From: Rhodanobacteraceae bacterium | GTDB taxonomy: Bacteria > Pseudomonadota > Gammaproteobacteria > Xanthomonadales > Xanthomonadaceae | Length of the DNA stretch: 64,000 nucleotides | Assembly (NCBI GenBank): GCA_024233975.1 | Contig: JACKOX010000005.1 | Coordinates: forward strand, 28,716-92,715 | Direction: 5' to 3' | Part shown: positions 29,644-39,827 of the stretch, one piece after another | Layout: each line of letters opens with the position of its first letter | How positions within the stretch are numbered: the first letter of the stretch is position 1 | The notes under the pieces: generated by a model | The model's input: the letters and a program-made list of their open reading frames with translations, nothing else | Database searches by the model: none | What the model was told of the DNA's origin: nothing | Position numbers and translations under genes: made by a program

Positions 29644-30021
29644 ATGGTGCTGGCCTTGCTGGCCCTGGTCGCGCTGTGGATCAGTGCAGTCCCCCGTGTG
29701 GCGGTGACGCTGCCGCTGCTGCCGTTTGGTCTGCTGCTGCATCGTCTGAACCAGTTGCCGCGCGGGCTGCTGCACTTTCGTGATGACGGCGGCCTGGTCT
29801 GGATCGACGAGCATCGACGTGAACACGATATGCGGCTGATCGCTGCCAGTGCGCGCGGGCCCCTGCAGGTGCTGCGCCTGGGCGAAGGAAAGCATCGTTT
29901 CAGCGCGATCTACTGTCGTCCCGGCAATCTCGACGCCACGCAGCAGCGACGATTGACGCTGTGGCTCCGTCGCCATGCCAATGCCACCTCTACCGCCAGC
30001 GACACGGTGGCCACGCCATGA
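29644..30021 (+). CDS. YgfX/CptA-like small inner-membrane protein downstream of sdhE
   Basis: Hydrophobic N-terminus, then a soluble tail. Position matches E. coli sdhE-ygfX. The stop overlaps the lolC start. The start is ambiguous (TTG 29629 or ATG 29644). Confidence 0.4.
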   Translation: MVLALLALVALWISAVPRVAVTLPLLPFGLLLHRLNQLPRGLLHFRDDGGLVWIDEHRREHDMRLIAASARGPLQVLRLGEGKHRFSAIYCRPGNLDATQQRRLTLWLRRHANATSTASDTVATP

Positions 30022-31274
30022 TGCGTTCGCTGGCGATGTGGATCGGCCTGCGCTACACACGGGCCAAACGCCGCAACCACTTCATCTCCTTCATCTCGCT
30101 GGTGTCCATGCTGGGCATCGTGATCGGCGTCACCGCACTAATTACTGTGATCTCGGTGATGAACGGGTTCGAGAGCGAACTGCGCACGCGCATCCTCGGC
30201 ATGGTCTCGCACGCGACGATCAGCGCCGCTGATGATCAGACCGGCATGGACGACTGGCAGAAAGCCATCGATCTGTCCGGCACCGATCCACGCGTGCTGG
30301 GCGCCGCACCCTATGCCGAGCGAGAAGGCCTGCTGCAGGGGCAGCGTGGCCTGACCCAGCCCGCGCTGCTCCGCGGCATCGATCCGGTCCAGGAAGCCGG
30401 GGTCTCGCAACTGTCCGAAAAGATGATTCGCGGCGACATGGCCTCGCTTAGGCCCGGCGACTTCAATATCGTGCTTGGCAAGGAATTGGCACTGTGGCTC
30501 AACGTCGATATCGGCGACACGGTGACGGTGTACGTGCCGGAGTTCCGCACCACACCGGTTGGCGTGCTGCCGCAGATGAAACGTTTCAAGGTCAGCGGCA
30601 TCTTCGAGGTCGGCCTGCAGGAGGCCGACCTGCAGCTTGCGCTGATCAACCTTGGCGACGCTCAGAAGCTGCTGCGGCTGGGCGACAAGGTCAGCGGCGT
30701 GCGGCTCAAGTTGACCGACATGTTCGATGCCTGGAACGTCGCCCGCGACCTTGGTGATCGCTTGGGCGGCTACTACCGCATCCGCGACTGGAGTCGCGAC
30801 CACGCCAACTTCTTCCGCGCCATCCGCATGGAAAAGACCGTGATGTTCGTGATCCTGTCGCTGATCATCGCGGTGGCCGCCTTCAACCTGGTGTCGTCGC
30901 TGGTGATGCTGGTCACTGACAAGCAGGCCGATATCGCTATCCTGCGCACCCTTGGCATGACGCCGGGCACGGTGATGCGAATATTCATGGTGCAGGGCAC
31001 GTTGATTGGCGTGGTCGGTATTGCGATCGGACTGGTCTGCGGCGTCCTGCTGACCTTGAACCTCAGTCATGTGGTCAGCGGACTGGAGTCATTCCTTGGC
31101 TACGAGCTGATGCCCGAGGACGTCTACTACATCAGCGGCGTGCCGTCCGAACTGCATTGGGGTGATGTTGGGCTGATCGCGGTGATCGCCTTCGTATTCT
31201 GTCTGCTGGCGACGATTTATCCGGCCTGGCGCGCGGCGCGAACCGATCCGGCGGAGGCGCTGCGCTATGAGTGA
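30018..31274 (+). CDS. lolC: Lipoprotein-release ABC transporter permease (LolC/LolE family, possibly LolF-type)
   Basis: 418 aa starting [34 protein letters not shown]. MacB-like periplasmic domain and FtsX-type C-terminal TM bundle. Confidence 0.85.
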   Translation: MMRSLAMWIGLRYTRAKRRNHFISFISLVSMLGIVIGVTALITVISVMNGFESELRTRILGMVSHATISAADDQTGMDDWQKAIDLSGTDPRVLGAAPYAEREGLLQGQRGLTQPALLRGIDPVQEAGVSQLSEKMIRGDMASLRPGDFNIVLGKELALWLNVDIGDTVTVYVPEFRTTPVGVLPQMKRFKVSGIFEVGLQEADLQLALINLGDAQKLLRLGDKVSGVRLKLTDMFDAWNVARDLGDRLGGYYRIRDWSRDHANFFRAIRMEKTVMFVILSLIIAVAAFNLVSSLVMLVTDKQADIAILRTLGMTPGTVMRIFMVQGTLIGVVGIAIGLVCGVLLTLNLSHVVSGLESFLGYELMPEDVYYISGVPSELHWGDVGLIAVIAFVFCLLATIYPAWRAARTDPAEALRYE

Positions 31275-31962
31275 TCGCATGAGCGACGCCGTGATCCGCT
31301 GCGAAGGCCTTGGCAAGACCTATGCCGAAGGTCGCCTGCGCACGCCGGTGTTCGATGGTCTGGACTTCCACGTAGCGCGTGGCGAGACGGTGGCCATCGT
31401 TGGCGCCAGCGGCGCGGGAAAAAGCACACTGCTCCACCTGCTTGGTGGTCTCGATACGCCGACGGCGGGCGAGGTCTGGGTTGGTGGGCAGCAGATGTCG
31501 GCGGTCAGCGACAAGGCGCGCGGCCAGCTGCGCAACCGCGCGCTGGGTTTCGTCTATCAATTCCACCACCTGTTGCCGGAGTTCACCGCGCGCGAGAACG
31601 TGATGATGCCGCTGCGCATCGCCGGCGTCGGCATCGCGGAAGCCGCCAGGCGGTCCGACGAATTGCTGGAACGCGTCGGTCTGGGCGAGCGTCTCGAGCA
31701 CAAGCCCGGCGAGCTGTCCGGTGGTGAGCGCCAGCGCTGTGCCGTGGCGCGTGCGCTGGTCACGCGACCTGCCTGCATCCTCGGCGATGAGCCCACCGGC
31801 AACCTCGACGAGCACACGGCTGCGCAGGTCTATGCGCTGATGCTGGAGCTCAACCGCGAGATTGGCACCAGCTTCGTGCTGGTCACCCATGACCGCGGTC
31901 TTGCGCGCCGCATGGATCGCACGCTGGAACTCAGCGCCGGAAAGCTGCGGCCGCTGGATTGA
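31267..31962 (+). CDS. lolD: Lipoprotein-release ABC transporter ATP-binding protein
   Basis: Walker [10 protein letters not shown], signature LSGGERQR and Walker [12 protein letters not shown]. Overlaps lolC by 8 nt. Confidence 0.9.
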   Translation: MSDRMSDAVIRCEGLGKTYAEGRLRTPVFDGLDFHVARGETVAIVGASGAGKSTLLHLLGGLDTPTAGEVWVGGQQMSAVSDKARGQLRNRALGFVYQFHHLLPEFTARENVMMPLRIAGVGIAEAARRSDELLERVGLGERLEHKPGELSGGERQRCAVARALVTRPACILGDEPTGNLDEHTAAQVYALMLELNREIGTSFVLVTHDRGLARRMDRTLELSAGKLRPLD

Positions 31963-31980
31963 GCTGCCCGGCGCCTCGCG

Positions 31981-32451
31981 TCAGGCGCGTCTTGCCACGC
32001 AGGAAAAGCAGCCGCGGCCGGCGTTGTGCAGCTGCACGTAGCTGGTAGCGGGATCGTCGAACAAGGCATCAAGCGCGCCCGACACCCGGCTGCCCTCGAC
32101 AATGTCACCGCCGAGCATCCGATGCCGGGCGTCGTAGGCGCGCAGCGACATCGTTCGCTGGCTGACATAGGGCGGTATCTCGCCAGGTTGCAGCACGCAT
32201 CGGGTCGCGCCGCGACGAACGAAGATCGGACCGGATGACCGATACGGCGAATCGGTGTCCAGATGCTGGTAGGGCAACAGCAGCAGTTCGTCGCCGATGT
32301 CGGCATCACGCAGGCTGATCCGGCAGGGAAAGCCGAAACCGGTGTCGGCAATAACGCGGATTGCGTGGTGTCTCGCGAGTTCTTCATCACCAAGTTCGAA
32401 CAGGTTGGCGAAAGGCTCGTGACGAATGCCGAGTAGCTGGAAGCTGGCCAT
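31981..32451 (-). CDS. DUF1203 domain protein
   Basis: 156 aa. FPCRISLRDADIGDELLLLPYQH...SPYRSSGPIFV resembles DUF1203 (from memory). Confidence 0.6.
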   Translation of the reverse strand: MASFQLLGIRHEPFANLFELGDEELARHHAIRVIADTGFGFPCRISLRDADIGDELLLLPYQHLDTDSPYRSSGPIFVRRGATRCVLQPGEIPPYVSQRTMSLRAYDARHRMLGGDIVEGSRVSGALDALFDDPATSYVQLHNAGRGCFSCVARRA

Positions 32452-32620
32452 GTGAGGCTCCTGGATGGAATGCCCACATGGTCGCTGCAGCGTGTGTGTC
32501 GTTCTCGCCGGATCCGGACATGCATGTGACCGCGGTTCGTCTGGATGCCGGATTTTTCCTACCTCGGGACGCGGCGCGTGCCGATGGTTGGCGTTTCGGG
32601 AAATGGGCAGATTGTTCGCG

Positions 32621-35053
32621 ATGAGCCATCCGCTGCCGTCGCCCCAAGAACAAACTGTCTCCGGGTCCGTGCTGATGACCGAAACTTCCGGTCATCACTG
32701 GGCGGGGCCGACGGCTATGCTCGCGGCGCTGCTCGGGGCATTGTCGGCGACGCTGCTGCCGGCGCTTCCATCAAGCCTGCTGCTGACAGGGATCATGTCG
32801 CTCGCCGGGCTGGCGTTGTTTTCAAGCCGAATGCGCCTGCCTGCCATTGCGCTGCTCGCTTTTTGCTGGCTCTGCCTGCAGGCGGGCTGGGGAATGGATG
32901 CGCGGCTGCCTTCGGAGCTGGAAGGCGCCGACCTGACGATCGATGGCCGGGTCGATGGGCTGGTCTGGCCTGAGGCGCGGCGGCAGCGCTTCGACTTCAT
33001 CGTCGGGCACGGTGAAGGCGAGGCGTCGGTGCTGGATGGAAGGCGCGTTCGCCTGTCCTGGTACGAGCACGAGGCGCCGCTACCGGCGGGCAGTGACTGG
33101 CGCTTCGTCGTCCGCCTGCAGCGCCCGCATGGCGGTCGCAATCCCGACGGATTCGACTTCGAGCGCCATGCGCTGCAGCGCGGGCTGGTGGCAACCGGCT
33201 ATGTGAGGTCGGCGATGGCGATGGCCGGCTCGTCGCACGGGAAGGGCATCGACGCCTTGCGTGATCGTCTCGCCACGATGCTCGAACAGCGCACCGGCCA
33301 GCGCGCCAGCCGCTTCCTGCGCGGGATCGGTATCGCGGATACCCGTGGCCTGGATGACGGCGACTGGGAAGCGCTGCGTGCCACCGGAACCTCGCATCTA
33401 CTGGCGATTTCCGGCCTGCACCTCGGGTTGCTGGCCGGTCTTGCCGCCTTGCTGGTGCGTCTTGCCTACCGGCTGATCCCGCGACTCGGCCTGCGTCTGC
33501 CATTGCCCCAGGCGGCTGCATTGGTTGCACTGCTGGCCGCCTCCGGCTATGCCGCACTGGCCGGCTTCGGGCTGCCGACAAGGCGTGCGCTGCTGATGCT
33601 GGGCTGCGTGCTGCTGGCACGCCTGCTGCGACGAGCCAGCGGCATCGCACAGGGACTGTCACTGGCGTTGCTGGTGATCCTGCTGTTCGATCCGCTGGCC
33701 ATTCTCGGCGCGGGGTTCTGGCTCAGCTTTGCCGGCGTCGCCTGGCTGCTGTGGACGCTGCCGTCGGTCGGTTCGGCGAACCTGGATGGATCGCATGGCC
33801 GCGCGAAGCGCTGGTTGCGCGAGGCCGTGCTGGCGCAATGCGTGCTCAGTCTTGGTCTGCTGCCATTGAGCCTGGCTTTCTTCGGGCAGGCCTCGCTGCT
33901 GTCGTTGCCGCTCAATCTGGTCGCGGTTCCGGTTCTGGGGTTCGTCGTCCTGCCACTGACCATGATCGGCATCGGGCTGTTGTTGCTGGGGCTGCCGGCT
34001 TCGGGCGTTCTGCAGGCTGCAGGTGCAGCGATGGAAGGGCTCTGGTGGCTGCTGTCGCGGGCCGCCGATCTGCCGGTGGTCCAGCTTCAGCTGCCGACGC
34101 CTTCGATTCTCGCGCTGCTGCTGGCCGGACTGGCGGTGGTCTGGATGCTGATGCCGCGCGGCATGCCCGGCAAGCCACTGGCTGCGCTGCTCTTGCTGCC
34201 CATGCTGCTGCCGCGCGGGAATGATCCGGCTGCCGGCCAACTGGACGTGCAGGTGTTGGATGTCGGTCAGGGGCTGGCGGTGGTTCTGCGAACCCGCAAC
34301 CACGCGTTGCTTTACGACGCCGGTCCGGCGTCGCCGGGTTCCTTGGATCGTGGCCAGGCGGTGGTGGTGCCGGCGCTTCGGGAACTGGGCGTCCACCGGC
34401 TTGATCGGATGATCATCAGCCACGGCGACAATGACCACGCTGGCGGTGCGGCTGCGGTGATTCGCGCCATGGCGTCGATCGACGTTCTCGCGGGCGAACC
34501 CGCGAAACTGCCGGATTCCAGTCACTGCGAAGCCGGAACGCGTTGGCAATGGGACGGCGTGGACTTCCAGCTCCTGCATCCGCCGCCGCATTTCCCGGAG
34601 CTGGGCAACCAGAGTTCTTGCGTGCTGCTGGTCGAGGTGGGCGGGCGGCGTCTGCTGCTTCCTGGCGACGTCGATGCGCTGATCGAATCGCGACTGCTCC
34701 GCGAATATCCGGAACTGAAGCACGTCGACGTGCTGCTGGTTCCGCATCACGGGAGCAGTGGCTCCTCGTCGCCGGCTTTCGTCGAAGCGCTGCATCCGCG
34801 GCTGGCGCTGGTTTCCGACGGCTACCGCAATCGCTTTGGCCACCCGCGGGCGGATGTCATCCAGCGATATGTCGACGCGGGCAGCCAGCTGCATGACACG
34901 GCGGGTGGCGGTGCGCTGTCGCTGCGCCTGGGAACCGGCAACGATTTGCCGGAAGTCCTTGCCGAGCGCGAGCAGCACCGGCATTTCTGGGCCGAAGCGG
35001 CGTATCGCCCGGGCACGACCCCGCTGAACCAGCGCCCGCCGGAATCGCGCTAG
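32621..35053 (+). CDS. comEC: DNA internalization-related competence protein ComEC/Rec2
   Basis: Multi-TM competence domain (TGTSHLLAISGLHLG). C-terminal metallo-beta-lactamase-like domain (VLDVGQGLA, ISHGDNDHAGG, VPHHGS). Start uncertain within 32465-32675. Confidence 0.85.
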   Translation: MSHPLPSPQEQTVSGSVLMTETSGHHWAGPTAMLAALLGALSATLLPALPSSLLLTGIMSLAGLALFSSRMRLPAIALLAFCWLCLQAGWGMDARLPSELEGADLTIDGRVDGLVWPEARRQRFDFIVGHGEGEASVLDGRRVRLSWYEHEAPLPAGSDWRFVVRLQRPHGGRNPDGFDFERHALQRGLVATGYVRSAMAMAGSSHGKGIDALRDRLATMLEQRTGQRASRFLRGIGIADTRGLDDGDWEALRATGTSHLLAISGLHLGLLAGLAALLVRLAYRLIPRLGLRLPLPQAAALVALLAASGYAALAGFGLPTRRALLMLGCVLLARLLRRASGIAQGLSLALLVILLFDPLAILGAGFWLSFAGVAWLLWTLPSVGSANLDGSHGRAKRWLREAVLAQCVLSLGLLPLSLAFFGQASLLSLPLNLVAVPVLGFVVLPLTMIGIGLLLLGLPASGVLQAAGAAMEGLWWLLSRAADLPVVQLQLPTPSILALLLAGLAVVWMLMPRGMPGKPLAALLLLPMLLPRGNDPAAGQLDVQVLDVGQGLAVVLRTRNHALLYDAGPASPGSLDRGQAVVVPALRELGVHRLDRMIISHGDNDHAGGAAAVIRAMASIDVLAGEPAKLPDSSHCEAGTRWQWDGVDFQLLHPPPHFPELGNQSSCVLLVEVGGRRLLLPGDVDALIESRLLREYPELKHVDVLLVPHHGSSGSSSPAFVEALHPRLALVSDGYRNRFGHPRADVIQRYVDAGSQLHDTAGGGALSLRLGTGNDLPEVLAEREQHRHFWAEAAYRPGTTPLNQRPPESR

Positions 35054-35126
35054 GCGGTCCGCAGCGGCTATCCTATCGGCTGTCCGGCGGGCCTTGCGTC
35101 CGCACCCGTCAATCAAGGAGTGACCT

Positions 35127-35765
35127 GTGCTTGAACTGCTGATGGCCGGCGGCTGGGTGATGTGGCCGATTCTCATCTGCTCGGCGATTGCCCTCGCCAT
35201 CATCCTTGAACGTTTCTGGACGTTGCGCCGCAGCACGGTGCTGCCGCCGCGGCTGGGTGACGAAGTCCGTGCCTGGGCCAGCAGCCACCAGATCGACGAC
35301 GCCCATGTGGCGAGCCTGAAGCAGAACTCGCCGCTGGGCGAACTGCTGGCCGCCGCACTGGTGGTGCGCAACCGTCCGCGTGAGGTGATCAAGGAGCGTG
35401 TCGAGGATGTCGGCCGCCACGTCGTGCATCGCATGGAGCGTTTCCTCAACACGCTGGGCACGATTGCCGGTATCGCGCCGCTGCTGGGCCTGCTCGGCAC
35501 GGTGTTCGGCATGATCCGCATGTTCCTCGGCATCCTCGAAAACGGCGTGGGCGACGCCAGCCGCCTCGCAGGTGGCATCGGAGAGGCGCTGATCAGCACC
35601 GCGGCCGGCCTGTGCGTGGCGATTCCGGCGCTGATGTTCTATCGCTACTTCCGTGGTCGCGTCGCCGAGTACGTGGTGGAAATGGAGGAACAGGCCATCG
35701 CCCTGATCGACACCATGGACAGCAAGGCGGCGGCTGCCCGCCCGCGCCGGAGCAGTGCTGCGTGA
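35127..35765 (+). CDS. exbB: MotA/TolQ/ExbB-family proton channel
   Basis: GTG start. GTIAGIAPLLGLLGTVFGMI and EALISTAAGL motifs. Confidence 0.85.
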   Translation: MLELLMAGGWVMWPILICSAIALAIILERFWTLRRSTVLPPRLGDEVRAWASSHQIDDAHVASLKQNSPLGELLAAALVVRNRPREVIKERVEDVGRHVVHRMERFLNTLGTIAGIAPLLGLLGTVFGMIRMFLGILENGVGDASRLAGGIGEALISTAAGLCVAIPALMFYRYFRGRVAEYVVEMEEQAIALIDTMDSKAAAARPRRSSAA

Positions 35766-36208
35766 ACATCGGTTCCGCACGCCGCCTGGAGGAACCGGAG
35801 ATCAGCCTGACCTCGCTGATCGACGTGGTCTTCACTCTGATCATCTTCTTCGTGGTGACCACGACCTTCGATGATCGCAGCGCGCTGCAGCTGCAGCTGC
35901 CGGAGGCCAGCCGCCAGGTCGCCAAACAGGCGGTCGAGCCCTTCGTGGTGGTGGTTGACCACGAGGGTCGCTATTTCGTCGGCGGCAACGAAGTACTGAA
36001 GCGCGATGCGAATTCGCTGCGTGAAAGCATCGGCCGCGTGGCCGGGGATGATCGCGATCGCCAGATCGTGCTGCGCGCCGACGCCCGCGCGCCGTACCAG
36101 GCGGTGATTACCGCCATGGATGCGCTGGGCCAGCTGGGTTTCAGCAAGGTGTCGCTGGCGACCAGCCCCAGTTCCGATGGCGACAAGGGCGGGACGGATG
36201 GCGAATAG
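35762..36208 (+). CDS. exbD: ExbD/TolR-family protein
   Basis: GTG overlaps the exbB stop. EISLTSLIDVVFTLIIFFVVTT anchor. C-terminal periplasmic domain. Confidence 0.85.
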   Translation: MNIGSARRLEEPEISLTSLIDVVFTLIIFFVVTTTFDDRSALQLQLPEASRQVAKQAVEPFVVVVDHEGRYFVGGNEVLKRDANSLRESIGRVAGDDRDRQIVLRADARAPYQAVITAMDALGQLGFSKVSLATSPSSDGDKGGTDGE

Positions 36209-38003
36209 CCCCGAAGGCGTGCTTGCCGCGGCCAGCAGCGCCGGCGGCAGGCGCGGTACCTATCGGCGCCTGCTTGGAGTGGCGTCGCGTTACTGGCCGT
36301 TCGCCATACTGGCCGTGCTGGGCATGCTGTTCGACGCCGGTGCCGCTGGTGCCTTCACCTACCTGATCAAGCCGATGCTCGACGAGCTGTTCGTGGCGCG
36401 CGACGAGCAGGTGATCTACTGGATGCCGATCGTGCTGGTCGGTCTGTTCCTGCTGCGCGGCATCGCCACCTTTGCGACCGACTACAGCATGGCCCGGGTC
36501 GGCCGCAGCGTGGTCCGCGACCTGCGTGGCGCGGTGTTCGCGCACTACCAGCGCCTGCCGGCCAGCTATTTCGACAGCCAGCCTTCCGGCGAGCTGGTGT
36601 CGCGGGTGATCTATTCCGCCGAACAGGTTGCGCAGGCCACGGCGGACGCGCTGAAGAACCTGGTGCTGGAATCGCTGATGATCGTGGTCATGGTCAGCGT
36701 CATGCTCTACCACAGCGTGTCGCTCACCCTCTACCTGGGGCTGATGGTGCCGGTGACCGGCATCGTCTGGCAGTTCGTCGGTCGTCGCTATCGGCGCATC
36801 AATCGCGGCATCCAGGGTTCCATGGGGTCCGTCACCGGAATGGTCGAGGAAGCCGTGGAAGGTCACCGGGAGGTGCGTGTCTACGGTGGACAGGAGCGCG
36901 AGGCGAAGCGCTTCAATGCCGCGAATGCCGAAAACCGGCGACTTAACCTCAAGGTGGCCAGCACTGGCGCGCTGAGCACGTCGTTGATCCAGTTGGTCGC
37001 TGCCGCGGCCCTGGCGGCGATCATCTGGCGCGCGACGCGACCGGACCTGCTCGATAGCATGAGTCCTGGCACCTTCATGTCGCTGATCAGCGCCATGCTG
37101 CTGATGCTGCCATCGCTCAAGCGCCTGACCACGGTGCAGGCAACCATGCAGCGCGGCATTGCTGCCGGTGATGAGCTGTTCGCGGTGCTCGACAGCGCGC
37201 CGGAAACGGACAATGGCCAGCGCCGGCTGGATCGGGCGCGCGGCGATATCGAGTTCGAGAACGTGGTGCTGCGCTATAGCGACAGCGGGCGTCCGGCGCT
37301 GGACGGGCTCTCGTTGCATTGCCCGGCAGGCAGCGTGACCGCGCTGGTGGGGCGTTCGGGCAGCGGCAAGACCACGCTGGTCAGCCTGCTGCCGCGCTTC
37401 TATGAACCCAGCGCAGGGCAGGTTTGCCTCGATGGACATCCGCTGGGCGAGTATGTGCTCGATGACCTGCGTGGGCAGATCGCCCTGGTCAGCCAGCGCG
37501 TGGTGCTGTTCGATGGCAGCATCGCCGACAACATCGCCTACGGCGGCTTGGCCGATGCGAGCGAGGCGGAGATCGAGCGCGCCGCCGAGCTGGCTAATGC
37601 CATGGAGTTCATCCGGCGCATGCCCGATGGCATCCACAGTGCCGTGGGCGCGCGTGGCGCCAAGCTGTCCGGTGGCCAGCGCCAGCGCATTGCGATTGCC
37701 CGTGCGCTGTTGAAGGACGCGCCGATCCTGATCCTCGACGAAGCGACCAGTGCGCTGGACAGCGAGTCCGAGCGTTTGATCCAGGACGCGTTGTCGCGGC
37801 TGATGGACAACCGCACGACGTTGGTGATCGCCCATCGCCTTTCGACCATCGAGCATGCCGACCAGATCGCCGTTCTCGATGAAGGCCGGCTGGTGGAGCT
37901 GGGACGCCACGAGGAGCTGCTTGCCCGGGACGGCATGTATGCCTCGCTGCATCGCATGCAGTTCCGGCAGAAGGCTGCAGGCACGGTTAGCAGCCTGGAC
38001 TGA
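36198..38003 (+). CDS. msbA: Lipid A export ABC transporter MsbA
   Basis: Six-TM ABC exporter domain. Walker A GRSGSGKTT, LSGGQRQRIAIARALL, ILILDEATSALD. Overlaps exbD by 11 nt. Followed by lpxK. Confidence 0.9.
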   Translation: MANSPEGVLAAASSAGGRRGTYRRLLGVASRYWPFAILAVLGMLFDAGAAGAFTYLIKPMLDELFVARDEQVIYWMPIVLVGLFLLRGIATFATDYSMARVGRSVVRDLRGAVFAHYQRLPASYFDSQPSGELVSRVIYSAEQVAQATADALKNLVLESLMIVVMVSVMLYHSVSLTLYLGLMVPVTGIVWQFVGRRYRRINRGIQGSMGSVTGMVEEAVEGHREVRVYGGQEREAKRFNAANAENRRLNLKVASTGALSTSLIQLVAAAALAAIIWRATRPDLLDSMSPGTFMSLISAMLLMLPSLKRLTTVQATMQRGIAAGDELFAVLDSAPETDNGQRRLDRARGDIEFENVVLRYSDSGRPALDGLSLHCPAGSVTALVGRSGSGKTTLVSLLPRFYEPSAGQVCLDGHPLGEYVLDDLRGQIALVSQRVVLFDGSIADNIAYGGLADASEAEIERAAELANAMEFIRRMPDGIHSAVGARGAKLSGGQRQRIAIARALLKDAPILILDEATSALDSESERLIQDALSRLMDNRTTLVIAHRLSTIEHADQIAVLDEGRLVELGRHEELLARDGMYASLHRMQFRQKAAGTVSSLD

Positions 38004-38008
38004 GCGCC

Positions 38009-39013
38009 ATGGCCGTTCCCGACATCTGGTCGTCATCGCCACCGCCATGGCATCTGCGTCTGCTGGCGAGCGTTTTCGGCGCGGTGGCGAGCACGCGACG
38101 CTGGCTGTACCGGAAGGGCTGGCTGCCTTCGACCCGCGTTCCGGCGCCGGTGATTGTGGTGGGAAACCTCACCGCCGGTGGCAGCGGCAAGACGCCGCTG
38201 GTGATGGCGCTGGTGGAGCTGCTGCGGGCACGCGGCTGGCGGCCTGGCGTGATCAGCCGGGGTTACGGGCGTGGCACGAAGGGTCTGTACGTGGTCGATG
38301 CTGACAGCGACGCCGCGGAAGTCGGTGACGAGCCGCTGCTGATCGCCCGACAGTGCGGTGTGCCAGTGGCAGTCGCCGAATGGCGAGCTGATGCCGCCAT
38401 GGCTTTGCTGAGTCGCCGCGACTGCGACGTGCTGATCGCCGACGATGGATTGCAGCACTATGGCCTGGTGCGCGACATCGAGATCGCCGTCATCGACGGA
38501 CAGCGCGGTTTCGGCAATGGCTGCCTGCTGCCCGCCGGGCCGCTTCGGGAGCCGGTTTCGCGACTGGAGCGATGTCATTTCGTGGTGGTGAATGGCGATT
38601 CCGGATTGTCGCTGCCGTCATCGGTGCGGACGGCCAGCATGCACATGGCGCTTCGCGAGCCGCGCGCGCTCAAGGATCATGTTTCCCGCCCGTGGAGCGC
38701 ATTCACTGACCGGCCGGTGCACGCATTGGCCGGTATTGGCAATCCGGAGCGCTTTTTCACGCAACTGGAAGCAATGGGCCTGACCATCCATCGTCACCCA
38801 ATGCCCGATCACCACGCCATTGTCGCTGCCGACCTCCGCTTCGATAAACCGGGCGCGCTGCTGATGACAGCCAAGGACGCGGTCAAGTGCGCCGGCATCG
38901 CACCGGATGACAGCTGGGTGGTTGATGCTGAGGCCGCCTTGTCCGAAGGCTTTGCCGCGTCCCTGTATGCTCTGCTCGACGCGCTGCCCCGAGCGCAGCA
39001 CGAGGATGTTTGA
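38009..39013 (+). CDS. lpxK: Tetraacyldisaccharide 4'-kinase
   Basis: P-loop [18 protein letters not shown] and DDGLQH motifs. Confidence 0.9.
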   Translation: MAVPDIWSSSPPPWHLRLLASVFGAVASTRRWLYRKGWLPSTRVPAPVIVVGNLTAGGSGKTPLVMALVELLRARGWRPGVISRGYGRGTKGLYVVDADSDAAEVGDEPLLIARQCGVPVAVAEWRADAAMALLSRRDCDVLIADDGLQHYGLVRDIEIAVIDGQRGFGNGCLLPAGPLREPVSRLERCHFVVVNGDSGLSLPSSVRTASMHMALREPRALKDHVSRPWSAFTDRPVHALAGIGNPERFFTQLEAMGLTIHRHPMPDHHAIVAADLRFDKPGALLMTAKDAVKCAGIAPDDSWVVDAEAALSEGFAASLYALLDALPRAQHEDV

Positions 39014-39804
39014 TGGCCGCTGCCGTTACCGACATCGATTTCGTGGTCGCCATTCCGGCTCGCCATGGTTCCAGCCGCCTGCCGGGGAAGCCGCTGCGGC
39101 TGATCGTCGGCGAGCCGATGATCAGCCACGTGGTGCGTCGCGCCGTCGAGGCGGGTGCGGCCGAGGTGGTGGTGGCTACCGATGATCAGCGCATCGCCGA
39201 CGTGGTGTCAGCGCTGGGCATCACGGTATGCATGACATCCAGGGACCACGCTTCCGGCACCGACCGCCTGGCCGAATGCGTGGCACAACGCGGCTGGCGT
39301 GATGATCGTATCGTCGTCAACTTGCAGGGTGACGAGCCGCTGGCGCCGCCGGCGGCGATCCGCGCGGTCGCGCAATGCCTTGCCGCCAGCGATGCGCCGA
39401 TGGCAACGCTGGCCGTGCCCATCAGCCACAGCGAACAACTGTTCGACCCGAACTGCGTGAAGCTGGTTCGCGATGATCGGGGCAAGGCGCTGTGTTTCTC
39501 GCGTGCGCCGCTACCGTGGGCACGCGATGCCTTTGCCAGCAACCGGGTTGACCTGCCGCCGGTCGGAGCGGGCGAGGGCTGGCTGCGACATGTCGGCCTC
39601 TATGCCTACCGCGCCGGGTTTCTCCCGCAGTTTGCGGCGATGCCACCAGCCTGGCTGGAACACGTGGAGTCACTGGAGCAGCTGCGCGTGCTGCAGGCCG
39701 GCCTGCCGATTGCGGTGGATGTCAGCCCGGTGGCGATCCCGCACGGCGTCGACACGGAGGCCGATCTTGCCGCCGTCGAGGCGCTGCTCAATCCCTCGAA
39801 TTGA
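39013..39804 (+). CDS. kdsB: 3-deoxy-manno-octulosonate cytidylyltransferase
   Basis: [15 protein letters not shown] and NLQGDEPL motifs. The ATG overlaps the lpxK stop. Confidence 0.9.
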   Translation: MAAAVTDIDFVVAIPARHGSSRLPGKPLRLIVGEPMISHVVRRAVEAGAAEVVVATDDQRIADVVSALGITVCMTSRDHASGTDRLAECVAQRGWRDDRIVVNLQGDEPLAPPAAIRAVAQCLAASDAPMATLAVPISHSEQLFDPNCVKLVRDDRGKALCFSRAPLPWARDAFASNRVDLPPVGAGEGWLRHVGLYAYRAGFLPQFAAMPPAWLEHVESLEQLRVLQAGLPIAVDVSPVAIPHGVDTEADLAAVEALLNPSN

Positions 39805-39827
39805 TTGGATGGATGATCCCTGAGGCA

